Below, in pieces: positions 1-9,669 of a stretch of 64,000 nucleotides of DNA (its first letter is position 1; each line of letters opens with the position of its first letter). The notes under the pieces are model-generated. The model searched no databases, was not told the DNA's origin, and saw only the letters and a list, made by a program, of their open reading frames with translations. The DNA comes from Blastocatellia bacterium. Its GTDB lineage: Bacteria; Acidobacteriota; Blastocatellia; UBA7656. The stretch lies in NCBI GenBank assembly GCA_963765495.1, contig CAVXWP010000017.1:64001-128000 (forward strand), in the 5' to 3' direction. The translations under genes and the position numbers were made by a program.

Positions 1-763
1 TCATCAGTTGCGCCGCGCTCCCTTCGAAAGGCGCTCTACCCGCGAGCATCTCATAAAGGACCACGCCCAGAGAGTAAATGTCGCTGCGGAAATCTACCGG
101 CTTTTCGTCGCATTGCTCGGGAGACATATAACGCGGTGTGCCTATGATCCAGGATGACCCCGTAAGCGCCGCGCGGCGATTCATATCTTCCTGTATGCGG
201 GCCACGCCGAAATCAAGCACCACGACCCAATCCGATCCTTCGTATTCGGATATGAGAAGATTATCGGGTTTGATGTCGCGATGGATCACCGAAACTGAGT
301 GCGCGGCGTCAAGAGCAGCGGATGTCTGGCGCAGTATATTGGCAGTTCGCTCGACGGGCAATGGTCCGGTGCGCCGCATCAAATCACCGAGAGATTCGCC
401 CTCAACCAGCCCCATAACGATAAATGGCGTGGCGCCGTCTATCCCGTAATCATTAACATCAACGGCATTCGGATGGCGTAGGCGGCTCGCAGCACGGGCT
501 TCGTGTTCGAACTGACTGGCGATTTTCGGATCGGCTGCAAGCTCGGGCTTCAGTACTTTGACGGCAAATCGCTTGCCTATGACCGTGTGACGAGCGCGAT
601 AAACCACGCACATCCCGCCTGAGCCGATCCGCTCTTCGATCAGATACTTATCCGCAAGCGTAACGCCTACAAGCCTGTCTGAGGGGTCTAAGAGAGAGGC
701 GCATCTCGGGCAATGGTTTTCGTATACTGGAGCAGGTGAGCCGCAATTCATGCAAAATTTCAT
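1..763 (-). CDS. Hanks-type Ser/Thr protein kinase with N-terminal zinc ribbon (partial, runs off window start)
   Basis: Not in the ORF track; translated by hand from ATG at 763: MKFCMNCG..HCPRC.., GSGGMCVVY, AVKVL, HRDIKPDN, DFG, GTPRYMSPEQ, SDIYSLG. Confidence 0.93.
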   Translation of the reverse strand, partial: MKFCMNCGSPAPVYENHCPRCASLLDPSDRLVGVTLADKYLIEERIGSGGMCVVYRARHTVIGKRFAVKVLKPELAADPKIASQFEHEARAASRLRHPNAVDVNDYGIDGATPFIVMGLVEGESLGDLMRRTGPLPVERTANILRQTSAALDAAHSVSVIHRDIKPDNLLISEYEGSDWVVVLDFGVARIQEDMNRRAALTGSSWIIGTPRYMSPEQCDEKPVDFRSDIYSLGVVLYEMLAGRAPFEGSAAQLM

Positions 764-1106
764 ATGGATCAGGATTCCTCATCAAATCTCGACAGCAGCC
801 CACCGGATATACGATCAAATGCTAGCCCCGCGCCAGGTGGCGCAGGCTATACTCATGCATTCTAACAGTGGCTTTATAGATTATTCCAATTGTGTGAGAA
901 ATCAATCGGAGAACAGACCGTATGCGGGGAATATGAACGGGGTAGTCTGCCATCTATGGAAGAATTACAGACTACCCTGTATCGCGCCGATATTTTCATG
1001 TGACGCGCCGGTAAGGGTGATAAAAATGGTCTTCAACCCGCAAGGGTTGTTTCTAATCGGGCGGAAACACTCCAGGCCGGTTCCAGGGGACGGATTCAAC
1101 CGCCCA

Positions 1107-1328
1107 TCACAGCTTCGTAATGCTGATATCCTGATCGCCCTCATCTTTGAATTTCTTAAAGAAGTATATGGCAAAGCAAATGAGCGCGATCACCAGGAAG
1201 ATACCGGCATAGACTAGCTTTGATGTGTCACCACCTTTATCAACGTCGTGGGACTGGGAAAATTGGAGTAGAAACCAAACTGCCGGACCCAGGGCAACCA
1301 GTCCTACTATCCAAAGTAGATGCTTCAT
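1107..1328 (-). CDS. small two-TM membrane protein (73 aa), unknown function
   Basis: GGAGG RBS upstream of ATG; two hydrophobic segments and a basic post-TM stretch (FFKKFK). Confidence 0.75.
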   Translation of the reverse strand: MKHLLWIVGLVALGPAVWFLLQFSQSHDVDKGGDTSKLVYAGIFLVIALICFAIYFFKKFKDEGDQDISITKL

Positions 1329-1475
1329 AGCTGCCTCCTTAAGTAAAAGTGAAGAAAAATACTCAGACTATTCGTTTCAGATGCGGTGCGGACTTCTACT
1401 ACTCTGCGAAATCAAAATATACTTGAACGGCCCTGCTGTCAAGGCGGTCTGCCAGGAACGTCACTTTGCCCTGAC

Positions 1476-2486
1476 TCAGCGGCGAAACAGAGATACGGAG
1501 CGGCTCTCTTGGAGCAGGAGACAGGCGACATCGAAAACTTCGGCGACCGGGATACGAGCGCGAGAAGCCCCCGCCACCACGCGATGTGACTTTGATGCAT
1601 TTGAACGCGCAGAGCCGACATCTGTAATTTCAAGCACCGGGGCATCAAGCGACATCGCCATTCGCGCCACTCCGGGCTCGTCTGTAACAAGCAGGCTCGC
1701 CCGCGCAATGGCCGCCGCAAGTTCAAGTGCGCGAGGCTCACGCAGCTTGATTGCGCCCTGTGGCAGCATCGCCTCTATGGCATCGGTAAACTCGGTGCCG
1801 GAAGGCTCGTCGGCCACAACTATTCGCGCACCAAAATTGTTTGCCAGATTGGCGGCAAGCTCGCCAAAATTTTCTATCGGCCAGCCGCGTGTGCCTCCCG
1901 TATTTGAAGCATAAAGTGCGATGACCGGCTCGCCTCCGCGAGACCCGTGCCGGGCAAGCAGCTTCTCGAATTTCTCGTTCTCTTCGGCTGGGGGAACAAT
2001 GTTTAGTCGTTCATCCTCTATTTTGAGTCCCAACTGCTCAAGCACGCTGGCCACATCATCGGCGTGAAGGTTCCCACGCATTCTGGGCCTTGCGCGCCCA
2101 AACAACCCCTCCAGAATCGGCGGCATTCTTGAAGGCGTAATCGTTCGCCCGCCGATGGCTATCCGCGAGATCAATTGAGTTTCGAGCCGGGGTGAAAAAT
2201 CAAGCACTATTTCCACATCTGTTCGACGAGTATCTCTGAACAACCGAATGATCCGCTTGATCGAGTCTCCCGATCCTTGCGCCGATTGCCTGACCACACC
2301 CAGATTGACCGTCGCATCGGCGAAGCCATAGGTCTGGATAAGCTCGCAGGTCCCCGAGGGGGCCGCCGCGATCAGAAAGGTTCCGGGATAAGCGACGCGT
2401 AACGCCTTCATAGCCGGAAGTATTTCGAGCGATACACCGAAAGGCGCTACCTCAATGGCGAGAATTGAATGTGGCTGTTGAGCCAT
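1476..2486 (-). CDS. glycosyltransferase family 9 (heptosyltransferase-like), divergent motifs
   Basis: GT9 layout: ILAI..LPAMKALR..YP, 'RGWPIENFGELA', 'LELAAAIARASLLVTD'. Confidence 0.75.
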   Translation of the reverse strand: MAQQPHSILAIEVAPFGVSLEILPAMKALRVAYPGTFLIAAAPSGTCELIQTYGFADATVNLGVVRQSAQGSGDSIKRIIRLFRDTRRTDVEIVLDFSPRLETQLISRIAIGGRTITPSRMPPILEGLFGRARPRMRGNLHADDVASVLEQLGLKIEDERLNIVPPAEENEKFEKLLARHGSRGGEPVIALYASNTGGTRGWPIENFGELAANLANNFGARIVVADEPSGTEFTDAIEAMLPQGAIKLREPRALELAAAIARASLLVTDEPGVARMAMSLDAPVLEITDVGSARSNASKSHRVVAGASRARIPVAEVFDVACLLLQESRSVSLFRR

Positions 2487-2641
2487 GAAATTTATTATAC
2501 AGACTCTCGGCGCGCCCTGTCAGTCTCGAGCACCCGGAAAGACCCGACCTCCTGCACTAGGCCAGGGCCATTCAGTTTTTGAATTGCGGGCAACATGCGT
2601 CAGGCATTTTAACAAGTTAATTTGATTGCAAGGCGAATTGA

Positions 2642-2743
2642 AATAGGCCGGAACGGACGCGGATCGGGCGGATCTACGCGGATCTGACCTTATAGGATTT
2701 AATCCACGAAAATCCGCCCGATCCGCGTCCGTTCCGGCCTATT
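2642..2743. repeat. 102-bp palindromic element with ~9-nt (GCGGAT-containing) units
   Basis: Perfect 32-bp inverted arms 2642-2673 and 2712-2743; related copies at 20200-20298 and 30538-30639. Confidence 0.9.
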
Positions 2744-2810
2744 GTTTATCACGTTACTTTGGGCGTGCCGATTTTGTGCGCTTTGATTTTGTGTCGGTTC
2801 GACAAAACAT

Positions 2811-5039
2811 CTACTCGACGACCTCGATATCAATCCACTGAGAGGCTACGGAATATTTTTCTTTGGCGAGTCTGTCTTTAACTATGATCTGTAGAACATA
2901 CTCTCCGGGCTGCATTCGCCCGGCCAGTTGCAAGACCCCGTAGGCAGGTATTTGCCTTGTATCAATCTTTCCATTCAGATTCACAGGATTCGACTTGCCG
3001 GTGTAGACCGGCTTACCGTCCTTAAACAGCATCACCTGAGTCTCAAGTTGTGGCAGATGTGTCGCTTGATCCTGCTTTGCGTTGTAAATATAAAAACTGT
3101 ATTTAACATTTCTGCCCGACTGGAATCGTCTCAGGGCCGGGGTCAGTTGTGACGCCACCCGATCGTTCACATCATCTGTATCGCCGGTTGCCTGCTGTGC
3201 AGGCACGTCATATTCACTCAAGACTATGCCAGATATCCCAAGGCGCTTCTTGCCCATATCGGGTACTTCGATGTACTGATTGGCCGAACCTACGCGCTCC
3301 GTTGCCACATCGCGCACGGCAGCGCGCAATTGATAAGCGCCGGGTTTCTTGATCGGGACCAGAAGCGTGTATAGGATGCCGGTACTCAGGATGCTCTGCA
3401 TTTCCTCTGTCGAGACCTCCAAAACATATGTGCGTCCCTCTTCATCTACTGGCTGGCCGTTGTCTCCGAAGGTGACCGCCAGAATATCAAAGGTGGCTTT
3501 GCGCTTGCCGTTTGCCTCTTCAACAAATGTAAAACCGTGCATGTCTATGTAGAGGAGAGAGCGCACATAAGCGCCCTTGTTCGGGTCCTGACCAAACAGA
3601 GATGTCAGACGCAGGTCCAGTTCGCCCGAAGAGAATGGCGAAGTGACCGCCGCATACAATTGCGCTTCGCGTGTGAGATGTGTGGGACGCGCCTCTTCGT
3701 CCGTTATTCCGTAAAAGCCCCTGCGCGAGCGCACGTTGTACCCCGACGGTTTTACCTTGATCGAAATTTTGTGAAATCGGTGACGCCCGGATTCAGCCTT
3801 AAAAGTCTTTTCATCCGGCACGTAGCCGAGCAGGTAATAACCCTTCTGATCGTCGAGCGCGCGCTTGATGCCGAGGCTAAGATCATTTGAGTTGCGCAGG
3901 GCGAGGCCGCCCGTCTCCTGCGCGAGATAATTCAATCCCTCCTGTGTTTCAAACAGTTCATCGCGCCGGTTCCGCAATCGTTCCTCTATCTCGTCCGGCC
4001 TGAGTGAGGATACATCGTCGGCAGCCGTAAGACCTGTAACCTGCAATCCGCGCGCATCCATAGTGTAGACGACTACGGAGGCCCGGTTTGCAAGATCGGT
4101 CAGCCGCCTGAGCGATTCGAGGACGCGATAATTATCACCTTCACGATTGAATAATCTGAAGCCGTCGGAAAATAACATCACCGATTTGCGCCCCGGCAAT
4201 CCTCTAAGCCCGCGCACTATGAAATTGAGCGCGCCGAGCGTGCCTACGGCAAAGATGTTTTCCCTGAACTTTTCGAGTTCATCGTCGCGCTCGCGATCCC
4301 CTCGATGTTCATCACGTCGGGAAGAATCCCGGGTGAGGGGGTCCTGGCCGTCGGGCGTATCTGAGGCAGAGGCCCGTCCGCGCCCCAGCTTGATGCTTGC
4401 GTCTGTCTGATCTTCAACTATCTGGGCAAAGGCACCGATGCGTCCGCGCCCACCCGGATACCAGCGCACACGCTCGATTGCCGCGTATAACTGCCTCTTG
4501 TCGGAGGTGAACTGTTGCAAAGCGCCAACACCCGCGCCGGTTCGCAATATTGCAACGAGGTCTCCGGGCTTCATCTGCTCCGTCACAAATTTCTTAAGGG
4601 CCTCTCGCACCGAATGTGCGCTTTCGAAAGAGAGAGTCAGGTCATCAACTACGAGCGCGATAGTTCGGCGAACCTGCTCCGGTCGCAAATTAACGGGGGG
4701 CACAGGAGCCGCGCTCTTAACGGAAGGCGGTGGTATGACCTCCGATGGCGCATCTTCTGCCGAAGTGGAGACATAAGAGAAATTTGTGATCTGTTGCCTG
4801 CGACCGTCTTCATAGATTTCGAAATCCTCGGGTCGCAGATCCCTCACCTGCCGCCCCTTCTTATCCGTAACCACCGCGTCCACCTGCACAAGCGTCACAC
4901 CCAGTTTCACAACCGCGCCTTTGCTATCATCCTCCTTCTGAGATTCTCCCTGTTGAACGGCACTCGATTGCAGCCTGCCGAATACGGGGCCACACAGAGT
5001 CAGCCCAATGATGAGCGCAAACGTAAGAGACTTTTTCAT
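2811..5039 (-). CDS. secreted acidobacterial VWA-related domain protein
   Basis: Signal peptide MKKSLTFALIIG..; 'LVQVDAVVTDKKGRQVRDLRPEDFEIYEDG', 'PGRKSVMLFSDGF', 'LAQETGG', 'YYLLGY', 'VRSRRGFY'. Start moved to ATG 5039 (GGGAG upstream). Confidence 0.88.
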   Translation of the reverse strand: MKKSLTFALIIGLTLCGPVFGRLQSSAVQQGESQKEDDSKGAVVKLGVTLVQVDAVVTDKKGRQVRDLRPEDFEIYEDGRRQQITNFSYVSTSAEDAPSEVIPPPSVKSAAPVPPVNLRPEQVRRTIALVVDDLTLSFESAHSVREALKKFVTEQMKPGDLVAILRTGAGVGALQQFTSDKRQLYAAIERVRWYPGGRGRIGAFAQIVEDQTDASIKLGRGRASASDTPDGQDPLTRDSSRRDEHRGDRERDDELEKFRENIFAVGTLGALNFIVRGLRGLPGRKSVMLFSDGFRLFNREGDNYRVLESLRRLTDLANRASVVVYTMDARGLQVTGLTAADDVSSLRPDEIEERLRNRRDELFETQEGLNYLAQETGGLALRNSNDLSLGIKRALDDQKGYYLLGYVPDEKTFKAESGRHRFHKISIKVKPSGYNVRSRRGFYGITDEEARPTHLTREAQLYAAVTSPFSSGELDLRLTSLFGQDPNKGAYVRSLLYIDMHGFTFVEEANGKRKATFDILAVTFGDNGQPVDEEGRTYVLEVSTEEMQSILSTGILYTLLVPIKKPGAYQLRAAVRDVATERVGSANQYIEVPDMGKKRLGISGIVLSEYDVPAQQATGDTDDVNDRVASQLTPALRRFQSGRNVKYSFYIYNAKQDQATHLPQLETQVMLFKDGKPVYTGKSNPVNLNGKIDTRQIPAYGVLQLAGRMQPGEYVLQIIVKDRLAKEKYSVASQWIDIEVVE

Positions 5040-5291
5040 ATCTGCTCTCCCAAACACAGTAGCGCAAAGAACAACCCTGAAATGTTCCACGATGGACGCC
5101 TCTAAGGATCAACAACCTGGGTATTGAACAATCTACTCGGAGGCCAATTACAACCGCTTGCCTTCTCTTTGTCAGCCCCGGTTCCGCGATACGCGCGAAT
5201 AAAGGGCAAGGACCGATTTCAATTTTCTGGAACGGGACCCCACTGGCCGAAGAATTGGCGGGTGAAGTTTACTTAATCATTAAACCTGATG

Positions 5292-6164
5292 TCAAATTCC
5301 CGCAAGAAGCGACATCACCTGTTCGGTGTCGGTCAGGGTTTCAAGCAACGCGTCGGGCGAAAACTCATTGAGGTGGTCTGCCGTATGCTGGCCCGAAGCT
5401 ACCGCGATGACCCGAGCGCCGAAGTGACGGGCGCAGGATATATCTCGCGGCGTATCGCCCACTATGATAAACCGTTCGGGCGCAAGCGTTCTCCCCAATT
5501 GTTCGCCGATTCTGCGCGCGGCAATCTCAGGCAGGTGATTGCGCTCTTCGGCATCGCTTCCAAACGCGCCGCGCAGCTCGAAATATTGCCATATTCCGGC
5601 CACGCGCAATTTGGCCTCGGCCAGTTTTTCTACGTTGCCCGTGAGCAGACTTGAAACAAAACGCTGATCGGCTGAAAGCGTTTCAAGCAATTGGCCTACG
5701 CCCGCGCACAACCTGAAGACCTCGCCGGTCGCGGCAAGCTCTCCGAGCATCTCGACCATAAATGCTTCAAGCACGGGCAGGCGCTCTCGTATCATCTGCG
5801 GAGTTATACCCTCGCACTCAAGCGCCTCGCGATAGATCGCAAGGTCGGTTTTGCCGGAGAAATCAACCTCGCTTATTCGACCGCAGGTTCCAAATACATC
5901 GTTCAACATCTGCCGGATGCGACCTCGATATTCCGGCCTTCGCACGGCGCGAATCAGCGTGCCGTCTATGTCGAACAGGATTACGCGGGGGTCGGCTTCG
6001 CAGGGACCGGGAGCCGGGGGCCGGGGGCCAGTAGCAGATACTGATGGCAAGTTTTCTGTGGTTTTTCCTGTTGAATTTGCGCCGGGCAAGACTGTATTCG
6101 CGCCATCCCTTCCGGTCCCCGGCCCCCGGCCCCCGGCCCCCGGCCCCTGTTCTTTATTAGACAT
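5292..6164 (-). CDS. HAD-superfamily hydrolase with repeat-derived N-terminal extension
   Basis: Motifs FDIDGTL, LLTGN, IVGDTPRD. ATG at 6164 overlaps the ychF stop (ATGTCTAA), suggesting translational coupling. Confidence 0.85.
   Translation of the reverse strand: MSNKEQGPGAGGRGPGTGRDGANTVLPGANSTGKTTENLPSVSATGPRPPAPGPCEADPRVILFDIDGTLIRAVRRPEYRGRIRQMLNDVFGTCGRISEVDFSGKTDLAIYREALECEGITPQMIRERLPVLEAFMVEMLGELAATGEVFRLCAGVGQLLETLSADQRFVSSLLTGNVEKLAEAKLRVAGIWQYFELRGAFGSDAEERNHLPEIAARRIGEQLGRTLAPERFIIVGDTPRDISCARHFGARVIAVASGQHTADHLNEFSPDALLETLTDTEQVMSLLAGI
6002..6148. repeat. heptamer palindrome (GGGGCCG)n...(CCCCGGC)n inside the HAD ORF
   Basis: cagggaccgggagccgggggccgggggcc ... ggtccccggcccccggcccccggcccccggcccctg. 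Confidence 0.85.
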
Positions 6165-7218
6165 TGAATCTGTAATGGATAACATCTCCGTCCTGGACGG
6201 TGTATTCCTTGCCTTCGAGGCGGAGTTTGCCCTGTTCACGACATCGAGCCTCGCTGCCGCATTCTATCAGGTCTTCGAAGCGAACTACCTCGGCGCGTAT
6301 GAAACCGCGCTCGATGTCGGAGTGAATCTTTCCGGCGGCCTTCTGCGCGGTGGTTCCCCGGCTTATGGTCCAGGCGCGGCATTCGTCTTCGCCCGAAGTC
6401 AAAAAACTTATCAAGTCGAGCAGTTTGTAAGCGGCGCGGATAAACCGCTCTCTTGCGGGTTCGGCAATTCCCAGGTCTTGCAAAAATTCGCGTTGCTCGT
6501 CCGAGTCAAGCTCGGCTATTTCCATTTCGGCTTTGCCCGCCATCGCTATGAGCCGCAGACTCTTAGACTCGGCCAGTTCCGCTACATCTGAGGGCGGCCC
6601 CCCGGCCACCTGATCTTCAGACATATTCAGCAGCACGAGCATGGGCTTGAGACTCATAAAGCGAAAGCCCGCGATCATCGCCTTCTCTTCCGAAGAAAGG
6701 TCCAGATCGCGCAGGGGTCGCTCTTCTTCCAGCGCCGTCTTTAATCGTTCGAGCACCTCGCGTTCGCGGGCAGAGTCTTTCTCTTTCTTGAGCCTTGCGA
6801 TGCGGTTTTCGATCTGTACGAGATCGGTCAGTATCAACTCGTCATCAAAGGCCCGTATGTCGCGCGCCGCGTCTGCCGGTTGCGCAAGCATAGGGTTTTC
6901 AAAAGCGCGCACAACGTGCACGAGCGCTTCGGCCTCTCGCATATGCTGAACCAGTTTCGGGTCAAGTCCGGCCTCCGCCCTCTCGGCTTCTTCGGCCTGC
7001 GGGCCGGCCACATCAACGAAGCTGATTTCGGCCAGGGTCTTCTTCTTTGGATTGTAAAGCTCGGCCAGCTTTTCCACGCGGGGGTCAGGCACTTTTATCA
7101 CCCCGATGTTTGCTTTTTCGCGACCGCTAAAGCCTCCGACTTCTGCCGTCAGCCCGGTCAGCGTATTGAACACGGTAGTCTTTCCCGATCCCGCAAATCC
7201 TACAAGTCCTACTTTCAT
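6157..7218 (-). CDS. ychF: YchF/Ola1 family ATPase
   Basis: P-loop GFAGSGKTT, DVAG, NxxE (NMSE), C-terminal TGS 'AAGKIHSDIERGFIRAEV..RLEGKEYTVQDGDV'. Confidence 0.92.
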   Translation of the reverse strand: MKVGLVGFAGSGKTTVFNTLTGLTAEVGGFSGREKANIGVIKVPDPRVEKLAELYNPKKKTLAEISFVDVAGPQAEEAERAEAGLDPKLVQHMREAEALVHVVRAFENPMLAQPADAARDIRAFDDELILTDLVQIENRIARLKKEKDSAREREVLERLKTALEEERPLRDLDLSSEEKAMIAGFRFMSLKPMLVLLNMSEDQVAGGPPSDVAELAESKSLRLIAMAGKAEMEIAELDSDEQREFLQDLGIAEPARERFIRAAYKLLDLISFLTSGEDECRAWTISRGTTAQKAAGKIHSDIERGFIRAEVVRFEDLIECGSEARCREQGKLRLEGKEYTVQDGDVIHYRFNV

Positions 7219-7232
7219 TTTCCCCCTTATGT

Positions 7233-7338
7233 TGAAACGTGATTCGTGATTCGTGATTTACCTGACTTGCAATTTGCCCTTAACGAGCAAACTTCCTTAA
7301 AGTCACGGATCACGCATTACGTATTACGCATCACGCAT
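7233..7338. repeat. (CGTGATN)n-46nt-(TCACGNA)n palindromic element
   Basis: Inverted heptamer arrays around a 46-nt core (7257-7302); overlaps the gpmI stop codon. Confidence 0.9.
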
Positions 7339-8878
7339 CTATTCTCAAATCGTGCCCGGTCATCTGTTGAGGTTTCGGGAGGCCGAGTATTGCAAGCATG
7401 GTCGGCGCTACGTCCTGTAGCGAGCCGCCTTCGCGCAATTTTCCGTGATAGCCATCTATCAGAATGAGCGGCACCAGATTCGTAGTGTGCGCCGTAAATA
7501 TGCCGCCCGTTCTTGGATCAATCATCTGTTCGGCGTTGCCGTGATCGGCGGTGATGATAACCGTGCCGCCTCGCGCGCGAATCGCATCAACGACCCGGCC
7601 TACGCATTCGTCAATCACCTCGATGGCTTTGACAGTGGCATCCATCGAGCCCGTGTGGCCTACCATATCGGCGTTGGCATAGTTGATGATGAAGACATCG
7701 AACTGATCGCTTTCGATCTCTTTGATCAAAGCGTCGGTGATTTCATAGGCGCTCATCTCGGGCTTCAGATCGTAAGTGGCCACCTTCTGTGAAGGAATCA
7801 ATATTCGCTTCTCGCCGGGGAAAGGCATTTCCACCCCGCCGTTGAAGAAGAAGGTCACGTGCGCGTATTTTTCGGTTTCGGCAATTCTCAGGTTCACGAG
7901 TCCGGCTTCGGCAAATACATCCGCCAGTATCTCGTCGTTATGGACCGGCCCAAAGGCAACCGGCAACGGAAAATCGCGGTCATAGATCGTCATGCAGGTA
8001 AAGCGAATGCCCGGACGCCTGCCGCGTTCAAATCCTGTGAAGTCCTCTTCGGTCAAAGCCCGCGTAATCTGCCGCGCGCGGTCTGCTCTAAAATTGAAAA
8101 AGATCACGCTGTCGCGGTCGGCAATTGTGGCTATCGGCTTTTCGTCATCGCCCGTTATCACTACGGGTTTGACGAATTCATCCGTCACACCTTCCCGATA
8201 AGATTCACGAATGGCGGCGACAGGATCGCGGGCCGGGCGGCCTTCGCCGTAAACCAGCAGCCGGTAAGCCTTCTCGATCCGGTCCCATCGTTTGTCTCGA
8301 TCCATCGCGTAGTAGCGGCCGATAATCGAAGCCACCTGCCCGATGCCGTATTCACTCATCCTCTCGATCAACTCTGCCACATAGCCCGCGCCCGAATCCG
8401 GCGCCGTATCACGTCCGTCGAGGAAGGCGTGAATATAGACTCGCTCCACGTTTCTGGATTTGGCCATCCTCAGCAGCGCGTAAAGATGTTCCTGCGACGA
8501 ATGGACGCCGCCGTGCGAGACCAGCCCGATCAGGTGCAGCAATGAATCGTTTTTCTTGGAATGTTCCATCGCGTTTATCAATTCCTGATTTTGATAAAAC
8601 GCGCCCGTTTCGATATCGTGATCGATGCGTGATACATCCATTCGGACTATGCGTCCCGCGCCTATGTTGAGGTGACCCACTTCGCTGTTTCCCATCTGCC
8701 CGGCAGGCAAACCAACAGCCTTGCCCGATGCTTCGATCAGCGTATGCGAATGCTTTTTGTACCACTCATCGAATCGCGGCGTGTGCGCCATCCGTATGGC
8801 GTTACCTCGCGATTCGGGCGAATGCCCAAACCCATCCAGCACTATCAAGGCCAACGGTGTATTCTTGACTTCGACCAA
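7331..8878 (-). CDS. gpmI: 2,3-bisphosphoglycerate-independent phosphoglycerate mutase
   Basis: LDGFG, GQMGNSEVGH, GGVHS, DGRD, GRYYAMDRD, NFRADR, ETEKYAHVTFFFNGG, NYANADMVGHTG, TADHGNAE. Confidence 0.97.
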   Translation of the reverse strand: MVEVKNTPLALIVLDGFGHSPESRGNAIRMAHTPRFDEWYKKHSHTLIEASGKAVGLPAGQMGNSEVGHLNIGAGRIVRMDVSRIDHDIETGAFYQNQELINAMEHSKKNDSLLHLIGLVSHGGVHSSQEHLYALLRMAKSRNVERVYIHAFLDGRDTAPDSGAGYVAELIERMSEYGIGQVASIIGRYYAMDRDKRWDRIEKAYRLLVYGEGRPARDPVAAIRESYREGVTDEFVKPVVITGDDEKPIATIADRDSVIFFNFRADRARQITRALTEEDFTGFERGRRPGIRFTCMTIYDRDFPLPVAFGPVHNDEILADVFAEAGLVNLRIAETEKYAHVTFFFNGGVEMPFPGEKRILIPSQKVATYDLKPEMSAYEITDALIKEIESDQFDVFIINYANADMVGHTGSMDATVKAIEVIDECVGRVVDAIRARGGTVIITADHGNAEQMIDPRTGGIFTAHTTNLVPLILIDGYHGKLREGGSLQDVAPTMLAILGLPKPQQMTGHDLRIDA

Positions 8879-8903
8879 AGCTCTTCTCCCTCCTCAATGA
8901 GAT

Positions 8904-8955
8904 TACAGGCGACAGGCGACAGGAAAGATTACCTATTACCTGCTCCCTGCTCCCT
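8904..8955. repeat. short degenerate heptamer palindrome (ACAGGCG)n/(CCTGCTC)n
   Basis: acaggcgacaggcgacagg ... cctattacctgctccctgctccct, overlapping the end of the methyltransferase gene. Confidence 0.6.
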
Positions 8956-9549
8956 CTCATCTGTCTTTACAACTTCCAGTTCGAAATAAATCTCTTTGCC
9001 GCGAATAAAAGCGTTGAAGTAATGCTCCCACCACTTGCGAAAGAATCGCAGGCGTGGATGAAACCGATCCAGGTTTATCAGAAATTCGAATCCGAGATAT
9101 TTCCAGAGGTTAAGCACCGTGATTCGCGCCGCGTGCTGGCGGAAACGGACCTCGGTGTAAAAAGGAAAGACGGCTTGCTCTTGAAGATTGCGAAACGAAT
9201 AACTGTTCAGATGATTGCGGTGAGTCAGGTCGGTTGCCCAGTCTGGATTCGTCCAGTGAGGCGTTACCAGCTTGACCATTCCTCCGTTGCGCGTGATTCG
9301 ATGAAGCTCGGCCATAACGGCCATCGGGTCGCGGACATGCTCTATCACATGCAGCCCCACGACTTCATCAAACTGGTCGGTCTCAAAAGGGTAAGGCAAT
9401 TCATCGAGGTCGTGAATGACATCGGCATTCGTGCGCGGATTGATGTCCATGCCAATCGCGCCGGGCGTCTTATTTATACCGCAGCCTATGTCGAGCACAC
9501 GCCGGGATGTGGCTGCCTGATCCACGCTTTTTATAACGCCTATTGTCAT
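8929..9549 (-). CDS. class I SAM-dependent methyltransferase
   Basis: VLDIGCG motif I; 'YPFETDQFDEV..HVIEHV..ELHRITRNGG'. Confidence 0.85.
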   Translation of the reverse strand: MTIGVIKSVDQAATSRRVLDIGCGINKTPGAIGMDINPRTNADVIHDLDELPYPFETDQFDEVVGLHVIEHVRDPMAVMAELHRITRNGGMVKLVTPHWTNPDWATDLTHRNHLNSYSFRNLQEQAVFPFYTEVRFRQHAARITVLNLWKYLGFEFLINLDRFHPRLRFFRKWWEHYFNAFIRGKEIYFELEVVKTDEREQGAGNR

Positions 9550-9558
9550 TTGTTTGTC

Positions 9559-9669
9559 TGATTCGTGATTCGTGATTCGTAATGCGTGATGCGTGACTAC
9601 AAGGCGGCCAGATTGTTAATGTTTACCTGCAAGCCCGATAAATCACGGATCACGGATCACGGATCACGC
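9559..9669. repeat. (CGTGATN)n-46nt-(TCACGNA)n palindromic element
   Basis: 46-nt core 9597-9642; its reverse complement matches the 12141-12186 core at 43/46 positions (hand count). Confidence 0.92.
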
